NCBI GenBank assembly: GCA_951406725.2
Contig: OX597816.1
Location: forward strand, 173,166,001-173,230,000
DNA length: 64,000 bases
Direction of reading: 5' to 3'
DNA from: Octopus vulgaris
Taxonomy: Eukaryota
Made by a program: the position numbers and the translations under genes. Under the pieces are notes generated by a model, which saw only the letters and a list, made by a program, of their open reading frames with translations, ran no database searches and was not told the DNA's origin. Below are positions 16,000-28,304 of the stretch, piece after piece (within the stretch, counting starts at the first letter, position 1; every line of letters begins with the position of its first letter).

Positions 16000-17608
16000 A
16001 ATGGCTACATTGTGGTTGGTGTTTTTCAATTTGGTTATCAATTTGAACTTCAAAGGATTGCTTCAACTTGAGACGCAAATCTTCTCTTTTCACAATTTGA
16101 AGAACATTCCACCTTTGCGGGGACGGGGGGAATGTCGCTCACTGCGGAAAATCCAGCTTCAACTAACCAGGATGTTAGAAAGCGGAGGAGGAACGGGATT
16201 GCTTCATGAAAAAGTGTTGGAAATGTCTTTACATGCAGCCAACCACGAACGCCTTTTCTATCCAATTTCGTCATTAAGATTGCATTCTCCTTAAGATGAA
16301 GAAGATCGGCTGCAAGTTAGGGATTAAAATCTTGGAAGCATCTTCTCATATCCATTTGCAAGCTCTTCATTATGATTACATAAGATGGATAATGGAAGAT
16401 TATATCCTTATCTCGCGTACTAATCTCAATAAAATCTTGGAAGCATCTTCTCATATCCATTTGCAAGCTCCTCAAATGGCTGACACAACTGATGATTACA
16501 GCTTCTGATGGTTCTGTTTTAAGAAGATGACTGAAAAAGATAAATACGCTCCTTTGAAGCCGAATTACCCATAAACCAAATTTGTTTATGAATGACAGTA
16601 TCTTCTCGGCACAGTCCACTGTCGTTGCACCGCATCTTTGAATCAATTTATTTAAGGCATCGACCTTCGAGAAAATGTCGGCAAGGTAGAAAATCCATGC
16701 CTTTGTGTCGATGTCATTCGTAGCTTCAAGCAGGAAGTCTGCCTTCCTTTTGCTTCCGCCGGCTTGCTTGAAGATGCATCCCATATTTGTACAAGGCATG
16801 TGAGGCAATCGTCTTTTGATAGCCATTGAACTTCGGGATGTAATAGAAGCGTTTGGTGCTCCTTATTTTTGCAGAGTTGTGAAAATGGAATGTATGTATT
16901 AGCCATGTGGAAATGTATGTATTAGCCATTCTGCACACACATACTGTGATTTATATATTTACTAAACAAATATTTGTACGACTGATCCGTTAGGTAAGAG
17001 TTTAAAATATTGACTCTGGTTTTGATTTCAATGAATACACGTTTATATCACTAAAAACGCGCTGCATTAGTGATTGTAGCAGACAGGCTCAAACTTGTCA
17101 TGGGTGCAGCTAGGAAATTCCTATAATAGGTGCGCAGTCATGAAGATGCTTGAATTCACGCGAAAACCGCCCCCTCTACAATTAATTTGGTCAAACTGCA
17201 AATCCTGTGATTACTGTAGTGGCGCGATCTGAGAAATATATTCTGTCAAGATCAGCGTTGCCAAAGTTATTACGTTCTTAACAAATTTGTTACGTTTTTG
17301 ACAAAATTTATATGTTTTTACGTTTTGGGATTTCTTACGTAGATTTCTTACGTTTTTCATTACGTCTTGGAATATTATTTGCTACGTTTGTAACCTTTCG
17401 AGATACACATTTGTTACGTTTTGGAAAAATCTTTCCGAAACGCTGGTCAAGACTACAAATTGAATACTAAAAACAGCTTGTTTCCAATCCAGAAAATTCC
17501 TGAGGCCCTCTCGAAATTTTCTCAGGTACCCTCAAAATTTTCCCAGGCTCACTCAAAATTTTCCCAAGCCCACTAGTGGGCCTCTTGGCCCAACGTTGAG
17601 AACCACTG
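16000..17608 (-). mobile_element. Degenerate hAT (Charlie/Buster-like) transposon
   Basis: CAGTGGTTCTCAAC TIR at 17608 on the minus strand with subterminal repeats. Fragments LLLHPEVQWLSK and IFYLADIFSKVDALNKLIQ resemble Charlie/ZBED transposases. Left boundary approximate. Confidence 0.75.
17253..17445. mobile_element. hAT-type MITE with internal TTACGTTTT repeats, nested in the Charlie element
   Basis: Imperfect TIRs CAGCGTTGCCAAAG / CTTTCCGAAACGCTG. 8-bp TSD GTCAAGAT/GTCAAGAC. Confidence 0.75.
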
Positions 17609-17688
17609 CTCTACTTGGAAAAATGAATATGGTCTAGGATCAGGAAAAGTAAACTTGGAAAAGCAGACTAAAAGAGAAAAAATGGAAG

Positions 17689-17725
<37 letters not shown>

Positions 17726-18570
17726 GTGTGTGTACTACATATGTATATTGTTTTGATATTCTGAAAAGGATTTAATGAATGAATGTGGATGAGGCAGGAT
17801 CTTTTGCCAGAAACAATAATCCAAAATAATTAAAGAAAAAACAACATTGTGTTGCTATTTTTAAAAAGACGAAATTGCTTAATTTATCATATATCTCTAA
17901 AGAATTTTCTTCGGTGAAGACTTTCCAAATATTTTGTGCTAGAAATTCTTTTCTTGTAGTCTTCATTGTGGAAAGTCCTTTCTTACAAAAAAGAAAAGAA
18001 ACGCAAGGACGAGCGGATTTTCTTTCTGTTTTTTTTTTTTTCTTAACAGTTTTTTAGCAGTTTTGTTCCATACTCGACCTCGGCGGAATTTGAACTCAGA
18101 ATGTAACGGCAGACGAAATACGGCTACGCATTTCGCCCGGCGTGTTAACGTTTCTGCCAGCTCGCCTCATTTGAAGCCACCGTAGATTCTACGACCGCTA
18201 AGGACACAGTTTCGTCAAAGAAATATGTTGGTCTTACAGAGTGTTCAATGTTTCTGTGGATTTATTAGATTTTAACCTTTTCTTCGACAGCTTTTCGCTT
18301 CATTATTTATCTTTTTCTTCTAATTACCTATTTGTTTCTTATTAATCATTTTTGCGGAGACGGGCAAACAAGAGGATTCACGTTTTATTTTACGTCCCTG
18401 TATCTTTCTGCAATTTCATTTTCAATTTAAAATACTTAATCTTTTTATATTCATTTAAAAAAATTTTATCTTACTTATTTATTTCGGTTCATTTTAATTC
18501 ATATACTTTGCGCGTATAACACTTATGTGTATATCCTAGGAGCCTCGAACCAAATTAATGAACGGTTTTT

Positions 18571-18647
<77 letters not shown>

Positions 18648-19102
18648 TACATACATACATATACATATATATATATCAGAGAAATTGATGATAGAGATGT
18701 AGCGAGTACTAACTCGAACATAATAACGGAAATGGTACCCAAAATCTTGAAAATCAAACCAGAGTAAATAAATTAGAGCATGAAAAGAACAATATGTCCT
18801 CAGGAATGCTCAGTTCTATAGGTGACTTCGAAATTCTGCTACTAATATTCTTGACTAAATTCTTAAACACTATGACGGCTAGGCAGGAACCTACATTAAT
18901 ATAACTAAGTCTATCGTTGGGTTTCCTACAGGGTTTGTAAATATTCTTTTTTAAATCTAGAGATATGTCAAGGAAATTGACAACCTTCAGGTTGATATCT
19001 ATTGTTATGCTAAGATCGAATGTTTACATAAGATGGATAATATCCTTCCTTACCTGATCTTATGCAGGTCCACTGGTATTTGTAGTTAAAGCTAGAGCAT
19101 CA

Positions 19103-19269
19103 TAGGCGCAGGAGTGGCTGTGTGGTAAGTAGCTTGCTAACCAACCACATGGCTCCGGGTTCAGTCCCACTGCGTGGCATCTTGGGCAAGTGTCTTCTGC
19201 TATAGCCCCGGGCCGACCAATGCCTTGTGAGTGGATTTGGTAGACGGAAACTGAAAGAAGCCTGTCGTA

Positions 19270-19304
<35 letters not shown>

Positions 19305-19515
19305 GCGTGTGTGTGTTTGTGTTTGTCCCCCTAGCATTGCTTGACAACCGATGCTGGTGTGTTTACGTCCCCGTCACTTAGCGGTTCGGCAAAAGAGACC
19401 GATAGAATAAGTACTGGGCTTACAAAGAATAAGTCCCGGGGTCGATTTGCTCGACTAAAGGCGGTGCTCCAGCATGGCCGCAGTCAAATGACTGAAACAA
19501 GTAAAAGATAAAGAT
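19103..19515 (+). mobile_element. SINE family A, full length
   Basis: GGCGCAGGAGTGGCTGTGTGG head, GGGTTCAGTCCC B box, internal (TA)(GT) tract, tail. Confidence 0.9.
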
Positions 19516-19778
19516 AAAAAGATCCTTATAAATAGTGAAATATACACCAGGAAAAGCTTTTCCTAACGTATCAAGCAGGAATAGCCCAATGAGATCGCAT
19601 ATGCCTGCTCCATCATAAGACCCCATGCTCACATCGAAATCACTGTCTGTGTCGGTTGTCTTAACCCACTTTGTGTTCTCGCTGAAGAGTATGGTCTTTC
19701 TCTTATAGAATGGAAGATTATATCCTTATCTCGCGTGCTAATCTCAATAAAATCGCTTGCGAAAGTGCAGGCTTTATT

Positions 19779-20185
19779 CTCTTTACTCTTTTACTCTTTT
19801 ACTTGTTTCAGTCATTTGACTGCGGCCATGCTGGAGCACCGCCTTTAGTCGAGCAAATCGACCCCGGGACTTATTCTTTGTAAGCCCAGTACTTATTCTA
19901 TCGGTCTCTTTTGCCGAACGGGGACGTAAACACACCAGCATCGGTTGTCAAGCAATGCTAGGGGGACAAACACATACACACAAACACACACACATACATA
20001 TATATATATATACATATATACGACGGGCTTCTTTCAGTTTCCGTCTACCAAATCCACTCACAAGGCATTGGTCGGCCCGGGGCTATAGCAGAAGACACTT
20101 GCCCAAGATGCCACGCAGTGGGACTGAACCCGGAACCATGTGGTTGGTTAGCAAGCTACTTACCACACAGCCACTCCTGCGCCTA
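19779..20185 (-). mobile_element. SINE family A, full length
   Basis: Reverse complement of the 19103 copy. Confidence 0.9.
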
Positions 20186-20500
20186 TCATAGTTATAAAGG
20201 CCACTTTTTTTTTTTCTGAAGTATCTCTATTTCTTTTAATCTAATTTAAGCCTAGCGGCAATGATACCAGCTTCTTTATTAATGTCGTTATAAACTTGTG
20301 GTCTAGCTTTAGTGTAATTATTAATAACATTGTTATGTATGAGTTGTGAGTATGTACTGTTGTCTATAAGGTATAAGTTCTTCATTTTATCAGGAAAAAC
20401 TGCCGTTTTTTTGGAACATTTTATGTTTTTGATGTCTTTTTTCAGCTTCTGTTGAAAAGTGTTAAAGGACTTACGAAATTTTATTTTGTTTATAAGCATA

Positions 20501-20665
20501 GGCATAGGAGTGGCTGTGTGGTAAGTAGCTTGCTTACGAACAACGTGGTTCCGGGTTCAGTCCCACTGCGTGGCACCTTGGGCAACTGTCTTCTACTATA
20601 GCATCAGGCCGACCAAAGCCTCGTGAGTAGATTTGGTAGACGGAAACTGAAAGAAGCTTGTCGTA

Positions 20666-20759
<94 letters not shown>

Positions 20760-20955
20760 TGTATGTATGTATGTATGTATGTTTGTGTGTCTGTGTTTAC
20801 GTCCCCGTAACTTAGCGGTTCGGCAAAAGAGCCCGATAGAATAAGTACTGGGCTTACAAAGAATAAGTCCTGGGGTCGATTTGCTCGACTAAAGGCGGTG
20901 CTCCAGCATGGCCACAGTCAAATGACTGAAACAAGTAAAAGAGTTAAAAGAGTAA
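20501..20955 (+). mobile_element. SINE family A, full length
   Basis: Same head, body and tail as other family A copies. Confidence 0.9.
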
Positions 20956-22260
20956 TAAGAATTTTAGTTAAGAATATTAGTAGGAGAATTTCTAGCTTCT
21001 CCTCCGATATAAACATATTTAATAATGTTGCGCCAATATATAACAAAGCTCTTAAAGATAATGGATTTAAAGAGGAAAGAGCTTATACACCTTTTATTAG
21101 TCTAGAAAAAAAAAAAAAAAAAAAAGAAAACAGAGACTCAGGAAGATTATCTGGTTCACACACCCTTACTCTCCCGAAGTGACCTTTAATATAGGTGAAT
21201 ATTTCTTGTCACTTATAGATAGACACTTTCCCATGAATCATAAATATAGGAAACTCTTTAATAGGCATAACCTAAAAATTAGTTTTAGTTCAACCACAAA
21301 TTTTAAATATATAATTGCACATAACGTAAAAAAAGACAACACGAAGCCAGCTGTTCCTGCAGAGATAAAGACTTGTGCCCGCTAAATGGAGCCTATATGA
21401 CCAAGACCATTATTTATGAAGCTACCGTAGATTCTTATTTCTTTATTGCCCACAAGGGGCTAAACATAGAGTGGACAAACAAGGACAGACAGACGGATTA
21501 AGTCAATAACATCGACCCCAGTGCGTAACTGGTACTTAATTTATCGACCCCGAAAGGATGAAAGGCAAAGTCGACCTCAGCGGAATTTGAACTCAGAACG
21601 TAGCGGCAGACGAAATACCTATTTCTTTACTACCCACAAGGGGCTAAACACAGAGGGAACAAACAAGGACAGGCAAACGGATTATGTCGATTACATCGAC
21701 CCCAGTGCATAACTGGTACTTATTTAATTGATCCCGAAATGATGAAAGGCAAAGTCGACCTCGGCGGAATTTGAACTCAGAATGTAACGGCAGACGAAAT
21801 ACGGCTACGCATTTCGCCCGGCGTGCTAACGTTTCTGCCAGCTCGCCGCATTAGAAGCCACCGTAGATTCTACGACCGCTAAGGACACAGTTTCGTCAAA
21901 GAAATATGTTGGTCTTACAGAGTGTTCAATAATCACACCTTACAGGTGTGATTACAGGTGTTCAATAATCACACTTTAAGCTTCAGGCACTGGGATAAAA
22001 GAAAAACGACCAAATTATCCAGTTATATCTGGTTCTTAAAAGAGCAGGGTGTCAGCTATAAGATTCACTGGAAGATCTTAGCCAAGTGTAAACCTTATAC
22101 CAACGGCAGTGGAAAGTGCGGTCTTTGTGATATGGAATGATGGCTCATCTGGAAAAGTTCCTTAGATTCTGCTACATGTCTAAATTCAAGAACTGAACTT
22201 TTTGGATCATGTCCAAATATGACAAAATACTTGTTTAGGTTTTGGGCCACCCAAGATCAC
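20956..22260 (+). pseudogene. PLE RT-thumb plus GIY-YIG endonuclease remnant (3' part), resembling the Hydra clade
   Basis: NIGEYFLSLIDRHFP, IIYEATV...KKYVGLTE, FNNHTLSFRH, LSSYIWFLK and C-terminal KCGLCDME (KCxLCxxE). Confidence 0.75.
21436..21850 (-). mobile_element. Tandem dimer of SINE family B inserted in the PLE
   Basis: Two head-to-tail units. 18-bp TSD GAAGC(T/C)ACCGTAGATTCT at about 21418 and 21855. Confidence 0.85.
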
Positions 22261-22616
22261 GGATAGAACCTACTTTTTTATTATGTCCCTGTACAAGCCT
22301 TCCATATGTCGTAATATTTTTTTTATTGTTTTATATATATATATATATATATATTCCTTTTTTCTTTTTTTATTTGTGTGATTGTATACGCGTGTGAGTA
22401 TATGTATATTTAAGTATATATTAAATGTGTATGTGTATACGTGTGTATATATGTGTACGCATGTATGTATGTATGTATGTATGTATGTATATGATTGTAA
22501 TACTGTATCCGGTGCATAAGGGCGACTGTCATGCACATGTCTCCTTCCTTTATACGTATATGTATGTACATACGCTTGTATATCAGCGGTTGTAGGTGTG
22601 TTGATAGGACGATGTA

Positions 22617-22674
<58 letters not shown>

Positions 22675-22677
<3 letters not shown>

Positions 22678-22802
22678 GGTGTCCCCAAAAAATGTATACA
22701 CACCTTAAATAATTGTAAATTTGTTATTTTTTGTAAGCCTAGTACTTATTCTATCGTTCTCTTTTGCCGAACCACTATGTGTATACATTTTTTGGGGACA
22801 CC

Positions 22803-22805
<3 letters not shown>
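22675..22805. mobile_element. Tc1/mariner-type MITE in (TA)n carrying a SINE fragment
   Basis: Perfect 28-bp TIRs CAGGGTGTCCCCAAAAAATGTATACACA with TA on both sides. Confidence 0.85.
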
Positions 22806-22844
<39 letters not shown>

Positions 22845-22897
22845 GAAAAAATGCTATGAGAAAAAAAATTTTCTCATACCATTTTTTCCGACGGCCG

Positions 22898-22958
22898 GAT
22901 AACTGAAGAGATGGGGGCGTGGATTTCCACCTCGGCATCCAAAACTCGGAGTTTTATC
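22898..22958 (+). ncRNA. Degenerate type-I hammerhead ribozyme motif
   Basis: Stem I GATAA/TTATC, core CTGAAGA, stem II GATG/CATC, AAAA in place of GAAA, stem III ACTC-G-GAGT. Confidence 0.5.
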
Positions 22959-23190
22959 ATGGCTACCGAATAATCGTCCCATATTACATTTACAGATAAA
23001 TTCCTCTATTTACATAATATCGAGGTCTCTTTCATTCTTTTGTTGTCTTACCATTTTTATCAATATGTGTGTGTGTGTGTGTGTGTGTGTATGTACCTCT
23101 ATACATATGTACATATATCTATATTCATGTATGTGACGAGTGTGCATATATGTATATTTTTACGTTTGTGCATGAGTATGCTTATTTGCA

Positions 23191-24360
23191 TACGAGGGAC
23201 GTTCAATAAGTAATGCCCCTGACCCACTTACAGTTGTTTGATCTAGCTGAAATTTTGCATGTGCAATCATTTATATCTCTATAGAGTAAGTAGCAAATTA
23301 CAGCTTTGAATTCATTGTGGTTTCTGATTTACATGTGTTTGAACCGAGTCAAGTGTGAAATGGAGCCTGTTGAGCGTCGAGCAGTGATCCGGTTTTTGTA
23401 TTTGAAAGGACGCACACCACGGGAGACTTTTGATGAAATGAAAGTAACTTATGGTGATGATGCCCCATCATATGACCTTGTAAAACGCTGGCATCGTGAA
23501 TTCAAACATGGTCGGAACTCTGTGGAAACAGCTCCCAGATCTGGTCGCCCCTTCTGCCATTGATGAGGCATCTGTCCGTCAAGTTGAGGCTGCCATTTTG
23601 GAAGATCGACGCATAATTATTCGCCAAATAGCCCATGAGGTCAAGATTAGTACCGGGTCTGTGGAAACTATCATTCATGACCATTTGCATATGCAAAAGG
23701 TGTCTGCCAGATGGATTCCCAGGTTGCTCACACCTTTCCAGAAGCAAGAACGCGTTGAGTGCTCGAGGGTGAATTTGGAGATGTGCCAAGAAGATGAGTC
23801 AAAATTTTTCAAAAGACTGATTACACAGGATGAAACCTGGCTCCATCACTATGATCCAGAGACCAAAGCCCAGTCAATGCAGTGAAAGCACCGTGACTCA
23901 CCCCCTCCAAAGAAGGCAAGGGTGCAGCCCTCCGCTGGCAAGGTCATGCTCACAGTCTTCTGGGACCAGGACGGAGTAGTGATGACAGATTTCCTGGCAA
24001 AGGGTACCACAATTGCAGGAGCCTATTATGCTTCACTTTTGAGGAAATTAAGAGAAGTTATCAAAATCAAGAGGCGGGACAAGATCAGCAAAGGCATCCT
24101 CCTCCTGCAGGACAACGCTCCGGTCCACAACTCGCTTGTCGCCAGATCAGAAGCACAGGCGTATGGCTATGAACTCCTCCCCCATCCCCCCTACTTTCCT
24201 GACCTTGCACCCTCTGATTTTCACCTCTTCCCAGTCATGAAGTTGTTTTTGAAAAGAAAGCGTTTCCCAAATGATGCAGCCTTGATTTCTGAAGTCACGT
24301 CGTGGTTGGAGGACCAAGCTGGGGACTTCTACAAAAACGGTCTCCAGAGCTGCATCAAAC
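23191..24360 (+). mobile_element. Mariner (DD34D) transposon, transposase pseudogene, 3' truncated by a SINE
   Basis: TA-CGAGGG TIR start and ATG at 23360. Motifs WIPRLL, ITQDETW, LQDNAPVH and YFPDLAPSDFHLF. One frameshift near 23550 and a TGA at 23883. Confidence 0.95.
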
Positions 24361-24620
24361 ATGTGTACCCTTAACGTAGTTCTCGAGGAGATTCAGTGTG
24401 ACACAGAGTGTGACAGGGCTGGTCCTTTGAAATACAGGTACAAGAGAAACAGGAAGAAAGAGTGAGAGAAAGTTGTGGTGAATGAGTACAGCAGGGTTCA
24501 CCACCATCCCCTGCCGGAGCTTCGTGGAGCTTTAGGTGTTTTCGCTCGATAAACACTCACATCGCCCGATCTGGGAATCGAAACCGCGAATCCGCTGCCC
24601 TAACCACTGGGTCATTGCAC
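24361..24620 (-). mobile_element. SINE family C
   Basis: Matches 43670-43940. Confidence 0.85.
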
Positions 24621-25885
24621 CTCACACACACACACACATACATATATATATTTATTTATATATACACACACTCACACACACACACAGACGCGCACGAACA
24701 CACTCACTCACATATGTGTGGGTATGTATACACAACAGCCGCCAACGGTTTGCTGTCGTACATTTTCCGTCCACGCGCGGCCCCTTGATATCAATGCCAA
24801 TCAATTTCATGGAAGACTTGAGTCTATACATATATTCAATGATCTACTTCGCTTTTGATTGTTTCGCGATGAACCAGCGAGAAAGTAAAATAATCCCCCT
24901 TAGAATTCGGTCAAAGGGAGATAATTCTGTGAACTTTAATAAGAAATGTGCTTTTTTATTCTTTAATTTGTTTCTGATCAGTTAAACATTTTGGAACAGT
25001 CCATAGAAGGAATTTGTTCAATATGAAATCGAACAAATTCATGCATGCATACATACACACATATATAAAAATGAATCGAAATGGAAGTGTACAGTATTAT
25101 ATATCCATGTATGCATATATATGTGCGTTTGTAAATATATATGCATATGGGGTGGGCTTCAATGTATGTGTTTATGGTGGTATATATATGTATATATATA
25201 CGCATGTATTATGCATGTAGGTGTTGTATCTTTGTGTTTCCCTTCCCTCCACCGACTGAAAATCGGTGTTCGTTTGTTTACGTTCCCTGAACTAGCTGTT
25301 CAGTAAAAGAGACTGACAGATTAAGTACCAGGTTCTTAAAAAAATAAGTAAGTACTAGGGTAGATTCGTTCAACTAAAAACCTTTCAAGGCAGTGCCCCA
25401 GGATGGCCGCATTCTAATAACTGAAACAAGTAAAAGATAGAAGATAAAGTTTATGGTGAAATAACCTTGATTATTATTTCTTTATTGCCCACAGGAGGCT
25501 AAACATAGAGGGGACAAACAAGGATAGGCAAAGGGATTGTTATTGCATCGAGTTTTTAGCTTTTATGGAATCGAAAGACAAGTACCATAATATACTGCGA
25601 CCAATTACATCTTGCTATTAAACTTTGGGCCTTGTGTCTCGTCAAATTAATATCAATGACATTGGTTTCAAATCTTGGTACAAAGTCAGCTATTTCGGGG
25701 GAGTAAGGTTAGGTCGATGTGATTGACCGTGGTTAACTCGTACTTATTTTATCGATCCCGAAAGGATGGAAGGCAAAGTCGACCCTGGCGGTGTTTGAAC
25801 ACGGAACGTAAAGTCAGAAGGAATGCCGCTAAGCATTTTTCCCGGGACGGTAACGATTGTGCCGACTTTTGATGCAGCACGGATT

Positions 25886-25936
25886 TTTGTCAGTGAACAG
25901 GTCGCGGTCTTATAGCGACGAAAATATTTTGACAAA
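25886..25936 (+). ncRNA. Type-I minimal hammerhead ribozyme, G3-C8 variant core
   Basis: Stem I TTTGTCA/TGACAAA, core GTGAACA, one extra G, stem II GTCGC/GCGAC, GAAA, palindromic stem III AATATT. Confidence 0.65.
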
Positions 25937-26071
25937 TTAAACTTAAATGTTGAAGTGAATCGAACGGCTTTTGTGTGTTTCTTAAATGGCTTATAAACCC
26001 CTTCCACGCTGCAATTGTTTTCGTTCCAGCACACGATCTCAGATCAAATCACTTGCTATGCAAATACGTCT

Positions 26072-26255
26072 CCCACAAGGGGCTAAACATAGAGGAGACA
26101 AACAAGGACAGACAAAGGGATTAAGTTGACTATATCGACCCCAGTGCATAATTAAGTACCAGTTATGCACTGGGGTCGATATAGTCAACTTAATCCCTTT
26201 GTCTGTCCTTGTTTGTCTCCTCTATGTTTAGCCCCTTGTGGGCAATAAAGAAATA
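26072..26255. repeat. Truncated family B SINE with a perfect 80-bp inverted self-copy
   Basis: Arms 26072-26151 and 26163-26242 are exact reverse complements. Confidence 0.9.
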
Positions 26256-26577
26256 AGAAGTATATGCCGTAGGCCGAAAATGTTCAAGTTATCTCCCTTA
26301 CATTAAAGACTGAAAGTGCGGTTCTGACGATTATGAGAATCTGGATAATTCTCATATAATATGACATCACGTTGGGGGGAAATCTTGATCGCTGGCTTCA
26401 TTTGTGACAAATCAAAAAGTATGTGAATATACGAGACAAGAGGAAATTAAAACTGTATGAAAAGCATGTAGTGTTTCATCATGTTCATATACATGTGTGT
26501 TTATATACAGACATGTAGACATACGTACCTATATATGTGTGTGAACGTGTATATATGTATGTACACACACATACTCA

Positions 26578-26604
<27 letters not shown>

Positions 26605-26608
<4 letters not shown>

Positions 26609-28304
26609 TGCAAGAAAGTGTGTGAGAGAAATTGTGATGTCACAGGAGAGAAATGTGTCCGCATGGATGATGGTGCACTTGCATTTAATGATTCTGATAA
26701 GAAAAAGGCATGAAAATGCCATTATGAAAGACTGCTGAATGTGGTGAATGAATGGGAGGAGGAAAGTCTGCCAAATGTTGACCCAGTAGAGGGACCAGCT
26801 ACCCAAATAGATAGCACCCTGGTAGATAAAGTAATTAAGGATATGAATCCTTTGTGAGCCGCTCTCCGACTATCTATCTGCGGCTTTATATAGCTATGGT
26901 AAGACCTCACCTGGAATTTGCATCACTGGTCTGGAACCCCTATCTTGCCCAGGATATCAATCGTCTGGAAGCTGTTCAGCGACGTGCAACCAAAAGAATA
27001 CCCTCCATCAGGCATTTGCCATATCCTGAACGCCTTACTTCCCTGGGCATGGACACATTGAAACTCCGACGTCTGGCAGCTGACCTGGCAGACACCCATA
27101 AAATTATCAACCATCGTACAAACAATAACTCTGAGCACCTTTTCAAACTCCACCCTTCTAACACCCGTGGACATATTTACAAAGTCAGAAAACAGCACAG
27201 CTCCCATGACTTCAGGAAACATTTTTTCACGCTGAGAGTTGCTGAAGCATGGAACAAACTGCCAGCATCAGTTGTTAGTTGTCGGAGCACTGCATCCTTC
27301 AAAACTTCCATGCTTTCTGAGGTTCGCCAACACTACACCTGATTTTCTCCCCTCCATACACACACAGGCATGTATCTGACTCATACATTGTTCGCTTTCC
27401 AGACATTTTTACATTACTCCATGTACTTTATATGCACTTTCTGACAAGTTGTGGTGCACCTGAGCACTGTATACAATAATTTCATTATTATTATTATTAT
27501 TTTTAAGAAGGAAAAGCCCCCGGCCTATCAGGAATCACTGCTGAGATGCTTAAAATATCTGGTGGTGTGCATTATAGCCTAGTCACCCATATTGTAAACC
27601 AGGTAGTTCACAAAGGAGTCATACACAATGACTGGCATAGCAGCACCATAGTCAACTGCTACAAGGGTAATGGTGATCCCTTAGATAGAAATAACTACAG
27701 GAGTATCAAACTGCTGGATCAGGTGATGAAGGTCACGGAGAGGGTCATAGTCCAACTAATTAAGGAGAGAGTCTGCTTAGATGAGATGCAGTTCAGTTTT
27801 GTGCCTGGTAGAAGCACCACTGATGCTACATTCTGATGGTACAGTAACTGCAGAAGAAATACCAAGCCAAAGATAAACCCCTATACTTGGCTTTTGTTGA
27901 CTTGGAGAAAGCCTTTGACAGGGTCCCACGATCCCTTATCTGATGCGCGATTTGAAAACTGGGGATTGACAAGTGGTTAATAAGAGCTATAAAGGCATTG
28001 TACAGGGATGCGGTTAGTAAGGTAAATATTGGCAATGAGTATAGTGAAGAACTCTGGGTAGAAGTAGGGGTTCACCAAGGATCAGCCCTCAGCCCCCTCT
28101 TATTCATCATAGTCATCCAGGTAATAACAGAGGAATTCAAGACAGGCTGCCCCCTGGGAGCTCCTCTATGCTGGTAACCTTGCTCTCATAGTGGAATCAC
28201 TACCGGCACTAGAGAAGAAATTTCAGGTGTGGAAGGAAAGTTTAGAATTCAAGGGCCTTAGAGTCAGTGTTGCAAAAACCTAAGTCCTAGTAAGTAGGAA
28301 CCGG

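Larger units (their letters stand above)
18790..20500 (-). pseudogene. PLE reverse transcriptase remnant (5' part), interrupted by SINEs
   Basis: Minus-strand fragments AVFPDKMKNLY, MGSYDGAGICDLIGLFLL and INLKVVNFLDISLDL...RKPNDRLSYIN are PLE RT-type motifs. Confidence 0.75.

Noticed and set aside
23883-23885. In-frame TGA in the mariner transposase as possible recoding
   Set aside because: It sits at a position normally Trp (TGG>TGA) in a copy that is also frameshifted and truncated.
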